Made by a program: the position numbers and the translations under genes. Shown here piece after piece: positions 18,112 to 25,652 of a DNA stretch of 30,802 nucleotides. The notes beneath the pieces are model-generated. The model was not told the DNA's origin, did no database searches, and worked only from the letters and a program-made list of their open reading frames with translations. Every line of letters starts with the position of its first letter. The first letter of the stretch is position 1. This DNA is from a virus (Duplodnaviria; Caudoviricetes): positions 1 through 30,802 of the IMG/VR virus record IMGVR_UViG_3300020464_000016. One strand, 5' to 3'.

Positions 18112-19487
18112 TCGCCGCAATTACAATCAGGAACAGGGGATAGAAGTTCCTCCAGGTAATCATCAACATCATCTTCATCTAGAGCAGCATAAACGTTGCT
18201 CTTGTCTTGAGTGTCATGCATAACCTGCAAGGAATAGTAAAGGGAAGTTTGCGGTGAAGCTAACCACTCTTCGACGAATTCGTTGTCGTAGGTTACAATA
18301 TCACTCCAAGAGTTAAAACTGTATCCGTGAAGAAGTCCCGTGTTATTAAGCAGCGTCATCAAACCATCCGCTACTTTTTTGTATGCAGCCCAACCAACTT
18401 CACTAGCGATTTCAACTTCGCCGTAGTCGTAGGACTCAACTCCAAACGTCCCGCTGTCTCGATCGACGGTGCGGGAGATAGGTGGAGCAATTTCTGGGGT
18501 AGTAGTAAAGCCATCAGTATCTTTGTACCGGTAGCTGCAGGAGGCCGTAGGAGCCACTGCAAATGCCCTGACCATGCCATGGTCCCGAGCCACCTCTGCA
18601 GCCGCCTTGATGGCGTTCTGGAAGGACTCTGCGAGGGCGTATCCAGCGGAAGCGGACAGCCTGCCACGGTTCAGATCCTCTAGACCTTGACCGAACTCTT
18701 TGTAAGATACTTTGTATCGCCGCAGCATGTTGGCAAGTCCAAGCATACCGAGACCAACTTGACGATCTACTTCTGGGGACAGGTATTCACCTGATTCCTC
18801 GATGTTTGTTTTAGCGTGCAGCTCACACAGCTGCCTCATACCTTCTACAAAGGCAGGCTCAAGATCACCCACAGTAGCAGCGCCACAGTTAATATGCTGC
18901 AGCAAGCAAGTACCACGGGAAGGTAGATAAACCTCCAAACAAACGTTACCATAAATCCGGTTGCCATTTTTATCGTATTTAATTTTGTTTAACCAGATGT
19001 CGCCTTGACGAATACCACGTAGCAGGTCGTCCTTTGTTTGGGGAGACGACTCATCCCACATGGTCTGGTTTAAGTTTACACAACGCTTAACCCACGGTAA
19101 TTCGTGACGTTGGACGTTGATAAAGTCAAGAATATCAGGGTGCGAGAGGTCCAAATGACACACTACTGCACCGTTTTTGTACACCCCGCCGCGACGGAGA
19201 ATTTCATTGAGGGTACTGTAAATTTTAGCGAAACTAACCGGCCCTGAAGCTACAAGTCCATTTTTGTTCTCAGAACCTTTTGGACGGAGCTTTGTCAGGT
19301 GGACAGCACAGCCTGCGCCAAAACGCAGAGCATGGCTGACAAAACGCCAAGACGCTTCAATACCGTTTTCTCCCTCGATGCTGTCCTCTACGGAATAGAC
19401 CGTACAGCTGACTGGCAATCTGGAAGTAGGATCATCGATCCAAGATTGTACGCGCCCAGTTCGGGCTACAAGATCGGAAATACTCAT
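18108..19487 (-). CDS. nrdA: Ribonucleotide reductase large subunit (short cyanopodovirus type)
   Basis: 'PVSC', catalytic 'NVCLE', 'GLGMLGLA', 'APTASCSY', 'SLYY', C-terminal 'CNCGE'; 459 aa with no ATP cone. Confidence 0.9.
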   Translation of the reverse strand: MSISDLVARTGRVQSWIDDPTSRLPVSCTVYSVEDSIEGENGIEASWRFVSHALRFGAGCAVHLTKLRPKGSENKNGLVASGPVSFAKIYSTLNEILRRGGVYKNGAVVCHLDLSHPDILDFINVQRHELPWVKRCVNLNQTMWDESSPQTKDDLLRGIRQGDIWLNKIKYDKNGNRIYGNVCLEVYLPSRGTCLLQHINCGAATVGDLEPAFVEGMRQLCELHAKTNIEESGEYLSPEVDRQVGLGMLGLANMLRRYKVSYKEFGQGLEDLNRGRLSASAGYALAESFQNAIKAAAEVARDHGMVRAFAVAPTASCSYRYKDTDGFTTTPEIAPPISRTVDRDSGTFGVESYDYGEVEIASEVGWAAYKKVADGLMTLLNNTGLLHGYSFNSWSDIVTYDNEFVEEWLASPQTSLYYSLQVMHDTQDKSNVYAALDEDDVDDYLEELLSPVPDCNCGE

Positions 19488-19490
19488 TAT

Positions 19491-19859
19491 TTAAACTAGG
19501 TCTGACAGGTTGGGTGGTTCGTAATTTGGTCCTTTTAGGACTTTACCATCTTCACGGTAAATTGGTTTGCCGTCATTATCGAGCTTACTCATGTTACTTT
19601 TATGGACACGGCGCAATGCTTGCTCCAAGTCCCAGTCCATGTTCTCAGCGTACTGAGCACAAACATACACTAGATCGGCTAGTTCTTTGAGGCAGTCAGC
19701 ACGGCTACTGATGTCCATCATAGCCATGTTGTAATCTGCTTCAATAAATTCTTTGAATTCTTCAACGATCAAATTCTTCTGCATAAGGCGTCGATTCAAA
19801 TCGTTCTGTATACCGTAGGAGTTCCGGAACTCGATCGCTTGGTTGCTGAGCAGTGACAT
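19491..19859 (-). CDS. MazG-like / all-alpha NTP pyrophosphohydrolase
   Basis: 'LIVEEFKEF', 'LKELADLVYV', 'RRVHKSNMSK...REDGKVLKGPNY'. Confidence 0.85.
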   Translation of the reverse strand: MSLLSNQAIEFRNSYGIQNDLNRRLMQKNLIVEEFKEFIEADYNMAMMDISSRADCLKELADLVYVCAQYAENMDWDLEQALRRVHKSNMSKLDNDGKPIYREDGKVLKGPNYEPPNLSDLV

Positions 19860-20040
19860 ATTTCAGTTCGTTGGTGAGGTAGTGAATTGCTTTTTCTAAG
19901 TCTTCGACATAATTGTCTTTGTATCCAGCTCGGCAGATGTATTTTACCGCATTGCCTAAGTGGTAGGATAGTTCTTGATCACGAATAAAGTCCCATACTT
20001 CGATGGATCCGCGTCGGTAATAGTCTGGGGAGTGGGCCAT
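19762..20040 (-). CDS. DUF3310 family protein (T7 gp1.7-like nucleotide kinase)
   Basis: 'SPDYYRRGSIEVWDFI...LGNAVKYICRAGYK...EDLEKAIHYL'. Confidence 0.85.
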   Translation of the reverse strand: MAHSPDYYRRGSIEVWDFIRDQELSYHLGNAVKYICRAGYKDNYVEDLEKAIHYLTNELKYVTAQQPSDRVPELLRYTERFESTPYAEEFDR

Positions 20041-20240
20041 TCTTTAAGCAGTTGCTTAACTGTATTTGTTAGTGCGTAGTTTTGTCGTTGTAGTGCCATA
20101 AGGATGGTAATAATGTCATCCTTAGAAGCTTTAGGTAGGAGGTCTTCAAGCCGCTTCAGTGCGAACTCCTGCTCCATTGTTGGTTGTGTTACGGGCATCG
20201 GGGGGAGTCCAGTAGAGGATTTGTTTTCGTCCGGCGTCAT
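19956..20240 (-). CDS. nblA: NblA-like phycobilisome degradation protein, overlapping both neighbours (start uncertain: 20276, 20240 or 20198)
   Basis: 'TMEQEFALKRLEDLLPKASKDDIITILMALQRQNYALTNTVKQLL' fits the NblA helix-loop-helix pattern (xS/TxEQxF...S/xxxx...L..Q......N..K.L). Confidence 0.75.
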   Translation of the reverse strand: MTPDENKSSTGLPPMPVTQPTMEQEFALKRLEDLLPKASKDDIITILMALQRQNYALTNTVKQLLKEWPTPQTITDADPSKYGTLFVIKNYPTT

Positions 20241-20916
20241 AATGTTCGTTATGTAGAATCTTTGCCAGTCGAGCATTCAGTAAAGCATCGTCTTCCGACA
20301 ATCCCTTAGCTTTGTAAGCCTTGACTACAGTATCCCATGTACAGCCATCTTTGTCAAGCAATGCTGCTGCACGCTTAACGCCGATACCAGGGATGCCACT
20401 GTAACCATCTGTTTGGTCTCCTGACATTGTTTGAATAAGATGCCAACGTTCTGCTTCCTCAGGTGTGATAGTGATAACACCATCGGACAGGTCAAATAAA
20501 TCTCCTGGGATTTGACGCATATCCTTGTCAGGAGAAACGACTATATTACCAGGGTGCCTTGTTGCATAGATACCAATAGCATCATCAGCTTCAAGGAATG
20601 GGTGAATAATAACGTGGTGCTCTTTCTTCAGTTGGTTAATCGCTCTTCGGTAACCACAGGGTTTCTTTCGATTACGGTGTCCTTTATACGCTGGATAGAG
20701 TAATTTACGAAAGTTGCGGCTACTAGAAAAGAAAAGAATAAAATCATCGAAACATCCAAGATCACTTGCGATGTCATAGAGGTTTGATTCGATTGTTTCC
20801 ATGACTTCGGAGAATCTGGAGGTGACGACGATAACGTCTTTTCCGAAATCAATCTCTGTCTCGCAGGCTGCACAGGCCTTGTAGACGATGTAGTCTGCAT
20901 CAATTAGTAGTGTCAT
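20146..20916 (-). CDS. gp6: 5'-3' exonuclease
   Basis: 'LLIDADY', 'YKGHR', 'LEADD', 'SPDKD', 'GDQTDGYSGIPGIG' are FEN/5' nuclease motifs. Confidence 0.93.
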   Translation of the reverse strand: MTLLIDADYIVYKACAACETEIDFGKDVIVVTSRFSEVMETIESNLYDIASDLGCFDDFILFFSSSRNFRKLLYPAYKGHRNRKKPCGYRRAINQLKKEHHVIIHPFLEADDAIGIYATRHPGNIVVSPDKDMRQIPGDLFDLSDGVITITPEEAERWHLIQTMSGDQTDGYSGIPGIGVKRAAALLDKDGCTWDTVVKAYKAKGLSEDDALLNARLAKILHNEHYDAGRKQILYWTPPDARNTTNNGAGVRTEAA

Positions 20917-20917
20917 A

Positions 20918-22189
20918 TTAGTGTACCTCTGCCCAATTTACACCAATTTTGCCTTCGGCTGCAATAGGACAGCGTATGTTGTAGAACTCTCCAGCAAGTG
21001 TAGCGGATAGTTCCAGAGCAAATTTAAGTTCATCGGCTTGAGGTGGGTGGCATTCATATTGCAATTCGTCATGTACAAACGCTAGTTGCGATGCACACAA
21101 GTTTGTTTCTTTAACAGTGTCGTTAGCTATGACTAACCATTTCTTCGCCAAAGATGCGCTAGACCCTTGTAGTAGAAAGTTGAGTGCTTTATGCGGTGAG
21201 TCAACGTTAAGTCGTCTTCCATCAATCGCGTTAACATAGCCACGATCAGCCGCAGTTTGAACAGCAGCAAGTAGGTCAGCAAGACCCGGAATGGCTTCGA
21301 TATAAGCCTTGCGGATCTCTTTGCCTTTTGCTTTAGCCTGTGAAGGGGGGAGTTGCTTATCATAGCTTAATCCAATTTTAATGTCTCCAGCGCCGTAGAG
21401 GAAGGCATAAGTAACTGTTTTGACGAGTTTCCTACTGATTCCAATTTTGTCTGCATTGGTTTGATGTATGTCGCCGGTGAGTAGAATGTGCGCATAACGG
21501 CCCTCATCGTAGCGATGAAGATAATGGGAGAGCATACGAAGCTCAATACCAGCAAGGTCCGCACCCACCAGTATTTGTCCGGGCGTGGCGGTAAATAATT
21601 GTCTAAATCGTTCGTCACTAGGCGTTTGTGCAAGGTTTGGGTTTCGGTGGGCACAACGGCCCGTGTTAGTAGCTACACTACAATGGTGGTGGATGCGTTT
21701 AGATCTCGTAACAAGCTTCAGCCAGGCGTTCTTCCCTTCGGAGAGCATCCCTAACATCTTCGTAATCTCCAGCATCCTCAAGAACGAGAGCGCCAGGTCG
21801 GTTCCAATATCCTTCAAAGATGTTTCGTCTACGATAGGCTTTCCAGTAGCTGTCAAAGCGGTTGGGATCCATCCGCTGTGTGTCTTCAATATCCATGCTA
21901 TGTGGTCCCGTGATGTGGGGTTAAACTCCTTCAGTCGTGTAAATTCGGCACCTGCGATGTAGCCTTTGCTTTTGTTATCTCGCTTAGGAGTGAATCTCTG
22001 TCCTGGGACGAGAGGGTACCGCTTTCGTAGTAGTGAATCAATGTTTTCAAGTTCAGTTCGGAGAGCTGATGCAAGTTCCCATGCAGCTCGTTCATCAAAA
22101 TACCATCCATGTTGTTCTTGTGCAGTTAATATAGTAGCTACTTGGTGCTCCATCTGGAGCCATTCAGGTAGGGGAGGAAATGCTTCCAT
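20918..22189 (-). CDS. gp5: DNA polymerase family A, polymerase domain (second of two ORFs)
   Basis: 'FNPTSRDHI', 'TGR..H.NPNLAQ', motif A 'DLAGIELR', motif B 'KTVTYAFLYG' (Tyr at the E. coli 762-equivalent site), motif C 'VHDE'. Confidence 0.93.
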   Translation of the reverse strand: MEAFPPLPEWLQMEHQVATILTAQEQHGWYFDERAAWELASALRTELENIDSLLRKRYPLVPGQRFTPKRDNKSKGYIAGAEFTRLKEFNPTSRDHIAWILKTHSGWIPTALTATGKPIVDETSLKDIGTDLALSFLRMLEITKMLGMLSEGKNAWLKLVTRSKRIHHHCSVATNTGRCAHRNPNLAQTPSDERFRQLFTATPGQILVGADLAGIELRMLSHYLHRYDEGRYAHILLTGDIHQTNADKIGISRKLVKTVTYAFLYGAGDIKIGLSYDKQLPPSQAKAKGKEIRKAYIEAIPGLADLLAAVQTAADRGYVNAIDGRRLNVDSPHKALNFLLQGSSASLAKKWLVIANDTVKETNLCASQLAFVHDELQYECHPPQADELKFALELSATLAGEFYNIRCPIAAEGKIGVNWAEVH

Positions 22190-22662
22190 AATTTACGTGT
22201 TACAACAACGTCTTGTGCCATATAATCTTCCATCTCTTGACTCCATGCATCCCAAGCTGTTTCGATCTCAGCCTTGTGTTCACCCAGGCGGTAACCGTAG
22301 GCTTTAAGACTGTGCGATCCGTACAGTTTAGCAGGCATGTCAAGCCATTTGCGCTTCTTATCAATGTCCAATAGATTAGCGTGATACACGTGAGACAGGA
22401 TAAGAGTGTCAACTGCTTGACCTTTAAAGTCAAAGAATGGGTAGCATTTTTTAAGAGCAGGTAGGTCGTAGTTAATAATGTTGTGACCAACCACATGTTC
22501 TGCTTCTTCAAGCATGGTGACTGCTCTTGTTATAGGTTCACCAGTTCCAACGTCGTTGAAGATTGAGGTTTGATTATTATCTATATCGTAGATACAGACA
22601 CAATGTATAGAACTTACATCTTTTAAAAGTCCATTAGCTTCAACGTCAAATACTAGATTCAT
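22138..22662 (-). CDS. gp5: DNA polymerase family A, 3'-5' exonuclease domain (first of two ORFs)
   Basis: Exo I 'FDVEANGL', Exo II 'GHNIINYD', 'DTLILS', 'HSLKAYGYRLG', Exo III 'YMAQDV'. Likely start is the ATG at 22662. Confidence 0.92.
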   Translation of the reverse strand: MNLVFDVEANGLLKDVSSIHCVCIYDIDNNQTSIFNDVGTGEPITRAVTMLEEAEHVVGHNIINYDLPALKKCYPFFDFKGQAVDTLILSHVYHANLLDIDKKRKWLDMPAKLYGSHSLKAYGYRLGEHKAEIETAWDAWSQEMEDYMAQDVVVTRKLWKHFLPYLNGSRWSTK

Positions 22663-22834
22663 CTCGCGCAACTTCTGCTTTACGAGCTTTTTTAAGGTTA
22701 CGTAATTCTTTCTTAATCTCTTGGTAAGCAGACTCGAAGTCAATTTTCTTACCTCGTTCCATAGCAATAATCACCTCACAGCGAATACCGAATTGATACA
22801 ACGCTTCGTCGTAGGAGTTCAGTTTGTTACACAT
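22646..22834 (-). CDS. Small helical protein resembling a conserved cyanobacterial/cyanophage hypothetical protein
   Basis: 'ALYQFGIRCEVIIAMERGKKIDFESAYQEIKKELRNLKKARK' follows the F..RV..I.A.E.GGK.....AY..IK...K.LK pattern as I recall it. Confidence 0.65.
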   Translation of the reverse strand: MCNKLNSYDEALYQFGIRCEVIIAMERGKKIDFESAYQEIKKELRNLKKARKAEVARDESSI

Positions 22835-22839
22835 TGGGG

Positions 22840-23034
22840 TTACTTGTGATTCCAGTAATAGGTTTTGTCTTTGAATTGTGCACGCTCTACCATCTCGGGC
22901 GTGGGAGGGTTAGGTCGCTTTAATTCTGAGTAATCTAGCGATGGGTGCTCATACTCATACCAAGGATGTACCCAAGGTTTATAGGGACTAGATTCAAAAA
23001 TCGGTTGACGGGTTGAAATTGGGTTCAGCTTCAT
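22840..23034 (-). CDS. Hypothetical protein (64 aa), overlapping the helicase 3' end
   Basis: Fills the gap between helicase and the next gene; Pro/aromatic-rich, 'RPNPPTPEMVERAQFKDKTY'. Confidence 0.55.
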   Translation of the reverse strand: MKLNPISTRQPIFESSPYKPWVHPWYEYEHPSLDYSELKRPNPPTPEMVERAQFKDKTYYWNHK

Positions 23035-24571
23035 TAGTCTCTGTAAATTGGCATGTATTAAGGTTATATTTCAGGTGGCAAGCGATGCCAGTCTCGCCAG
23101 AGTATCGATTTTTAAGGACTCGCACAGTTGTATTAGCGTCAGCAGATCTGTCTTGTTGATCTCTTTCGAGGCCAATAACTCCGTCAGATAGCTGTGCAAT
23201 TGCCGCGCTTCCGCGGAGCTGTCCAAGTGTGACGCGTGCTCCTTCCTCATGGCCTTGATCAGTTTGTGAACGTCGTAAATGTGAAACTAGAAATAATGCG
23301 ATGCCAGTACGTTCAACAAGTGATCGTAGCTTAGTCATCGTGGTATCAATCATACGGCGCTCATCACCGTCGAGACCGCTAAGTAGAATAGAAAGGTGAT
23401 CAAGGAAGATAACCTTACAGTCCAAGGCGCTACTGAGATACTCAATACGATTGTAGATAATGTCCGGCTCATAGCTGCCAAATCCGTCGTAGAGGAACAA
23501 TTGCCATTTATCAAGAGTCCGCTGGAATGCGGTGTCAAGTTCATCGTGTTCATGTTCTCCAAGATGGTAGGCCTTATGTTCGGCCACCGACATCAATCCA
23601 AGTGCAGTTCGTCTATTTGATTCCTCAAGAGCCAGGTAACCGAGTCGCTCCCCGTTCTGCAGTAGTGAAGTAGCAATGTGCCTACAGAATGAGGACTTGC
23701 CAACACCGCTTCCCGCAGTGATAGTGATAAGCTCTCCGTACCTAATACCGTGTAAGATCCGGTGTAGGCCTTGGAAGGGGTAGTCATGATTAGATGGAGG
23801 ACTAGGTGTTGTTACTAGAGATCGTAATGTTTTACCATCGACAATCCCATCTGGTCGGTACTCTGTTGCATCCCAAATTGCTTTGCGGATTGCTTCAGTG
23901 TCATCAGCCATAAGTGCATCAGAAGCGTCCTTATACTTATCGTCCAACAGGGCGATGCTCACCTTTCCGGGTGGCAGAACACTAGCTGCTTCTTCAGCGG
24001 CCTTACGGCCAGGCTCGTCATTATCAAAGAATAAGACAACCTCTTCATATCCTTGTAACCAGTCCAATGATTGCTGAATACTCTTACGAGCTGAGGCAGC
24101 ACCAGATGGCAGTGATACATGAGGCCAGTTCGGCATAGCTACAGCACAGCTGGCAGCATCAAGCTCACCCTCTGTAATAACTACGCGTCTTCCATTTGAT
24201 GGGAAAAGGTTCTGACCCCAAAGGGCACCAGCAACCTTGCCTTCATACTTGAAAGTCTTGTCCTTCGATTTAACTTTACATCCAACGATACGTCCACTCT
24301 TGTCTGTATAGTAGAAACGTAGAACATTATCATCGGTGTAAATTTTGTATTTAGTACATACGTCTTCAGATATTTTCCTTCGCTTGAGCCGTACGGGCTC
24401 GCCTTTAATAGTTACGTCATGTGTCATTTGTGGTGTGGATTCGACATCATGTTGATAGGTGTGACAAGAGAAACAGAAAGTATGTCCGTCTGAGTACAAC
24501 GAATTGGCATCAGACGAACCACAGTTATCACATGGTATGTGTCGTACAAACTCACTCTCTAATTCAGCCAT
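22994..24571 (-). CDS. gp4: DNA primase/helicase
   Basis: Cys4 zinc finger (CDNC...CFSC), TOPRIM 'ITEGELDA'/'FFDND', Walker A 'AGSGVGKS', 'FLDHLS', 'LRGS', 'KNRYSGETG'. Confidence 0.97.
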   Translation of the reverse strand: MAELESEFVRHIPCDNCGSSDANSLYSDGHTFCFSCHTYQHDVESTPQMTHDVTIKGEPVRLKRRKISEDVCTKYKIYTDDNVLRFYYTDKSGRIVGCKVKSKDKTFKYEGKVAGALWGQNLFPSNGRRVVITEGELDAASCAVAMPNWPHVSLPSGAASARKSIQQSLDWLQGYEEVVLFFDNDEPGRKAAEEAASVLPPGKVSIALLDDKYKDASDALMADDTEAIRKAIWDATEYRPDGIVDGKTLRSLVTTPSPPSNHDYPFQGLHRILHGIRYGELITITAGSGVGKSSFCRHIATSLLQNGERLGYLALEESNRRTALGLMSVAEHKAYHLGEHEHDELDTAFQRTLDKWQLFLYDGFGSYEPDIIYNRIEYLSSALDCKVIFLDHLSILLSGLDGDERRMIDTTMTKLRSLVERTGIALFLVSHLRRSQTDQGHEEGARVTLGQLRGSAAIAQLSDGVIGLERDQQDRSADANTTVRVLKNRYSGETGIACHLKYNLNTCQFTETNEAEPNFNPSTDF

Positions 24572-24915
24572 TCGTTGGGGATAGATCGAAAATGTGTCCA
24601 GGGAAAACCATGCTTTTCAGCCCACTTCGCATATGTAGTACGTGAGCCCTTGTATATTTTATTGTAAGGAGCTTGGAATACAAAGCGAATATCAAGATCG
24701 GGATGTTGCTTTTTAACAGCAATCATCTTGCGTCTATCATCCGGGCTAAGGTGGCCCTTGGCTTCAAGCATAATACCTGATGGCAAAATGAAGTCGGGTG
24801 AGTAGTTGCAGCTTAATACATATGGTAGTTTAACACTTTCGTATTCATAACAAACTCCAGAGTCGGAGAGAAAGTCAGCGACCTTCTTCTCCAAACCAGA
24901 GCGGAAGTTAGTCAT
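24559..24915 (-). CDS. gp3: Endonuclease I (Holliday junction resolvase)
   Basis: 'FRSGLEKKVA', 'YSPDFIL', 'EAKG', 'LDIRFVFQ', 'YAKWAEKHGF'. Confidence 0.95.
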   Translation of the reverse strand: MTNFRSGLEKKVADFLSDSGVCYEYESVKLPYVLSCNYSPDFILPSGIMLEAKGHLSPDDRRKMIAVKKQHPDLDIRFVFQAPYNKIYKGSRTTYAKWAEKHGFPWTHFRSIPNEWLN

Positions 24916-25093
24916 CGATTGCTTTTTCTACGATTTCTTCCACAATTTCGCCAACAGCTCGCCGCATTTCGTATTTGAAATCGTTGCGGTCAGCCTTGTA
25001 ACGGGTGACAGTAATAGCAGGCAGATCGATGGTGAATACACCCTCGTAGAGTCCGAGTTCGGCATTCTTTGTTACGGTAAAATCAGAAGTCAT
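24908..25093 (-). CDS. Hypothetical protein (about 61 aa)
   Basis: Fills the gap between SSB and endonuclease with short overlaps; likely start MTSDF at 25093. Confidence 0.65.
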   Translation of the reverse strand: MTSDFTVTKNAELGLYEGVFTIDLPAITVTRYKADRNDFKYEMRRAVGEIVEEIVEKAIDD

Positions 25094-25652
25094 CAGTTGC
25101 ATCCTCATCGTTATTGGTCAAGCCAACAGCAGCGTCAGCTTTGAAACCATCAGTCTTGCCAAACAGTTCAGCAACAGCGGAGTCACTCAGCTCAGCTTCA
25201 CCACCAGCAGTGGTGCCGCCAAGTTCGACAACCTGTACGCCAACGAGTTTAAGGCTAGTACCGTAGGTAACACCATCTTTGAGGATGTAGGGTTTTTGGA
25301 AGAAAGCAAGTTTGACCTTGGAACCACTGTACAGCGGCACGTTTTCATCAACGATAGGAGTACCTTCAGCGTCAACCACGGGCGGGCGACGGTCTTCCTT
25401 CCAGGAGAACTTAACTTTGTAGCTATTCTCTGCGAGCTCCTCCCAGGGAGTAGGCTTCAGAGTAGAACGCTTGGGGTTCTTCAGTTTAGATTCGCACCAC
25501 TTCAATACTTCGGTGCGATCTTCTTCAAGGTGCGACACCATGTTGGCGTCCACAACAGCAGTCAGTGAGTAACCAAATTTACCGGGTTGCAGGATAGCTT
25601 GGAAACCATCGAGCAGCACAGGATCATCAGTTACAAAAGGGGCTTTAGACAT
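25083..25652 (-). CDS. gp2.5: Single-stranded DNA-binding protein
   Basis: OB-fold-like 'LYSGSKVKLAF...YGTSLKLVGVQVVEL'; acidic C-terminal tail ending in Phe (DEDATDDF). Confidence 0.9.
   Translation of the reverse strand: MSKAPFVTDDPVLLDGFQAILQPGKFGYSLTAVVDANMVSHLEEDRTEVLKWCESKLKNPKRSTLKPTPWEELAENSYKVKFSWKEDRRPPVVDAEGTPIVDENVPLYSGSKVKLAFFQKPYILKDGVTYGTSLKLVGVQVVELGGTTAGGEAELSDSAVAELFGKTDGFKADAAVGLTNNDEDATDDF

Noticed and set aside
22138-22192. Intron, intein or pseudogene explanation of the split polymerase
   Set aside because: There is no intervening sequence, and all catalytic motifs in both halves are intact.
22663-22767. 35-aa N-terminal extension of the polymerase exonuclease ORF
   Set aside because: It overlaps the upstream 62-aa gene; the family starts at MNLVFD (22662).
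24400-24430. Internal gp4B-like start (MTHDV) after the primase zinc finger
   Set aside because: The position is suggestive but there is no RBS or other support in the sequence.
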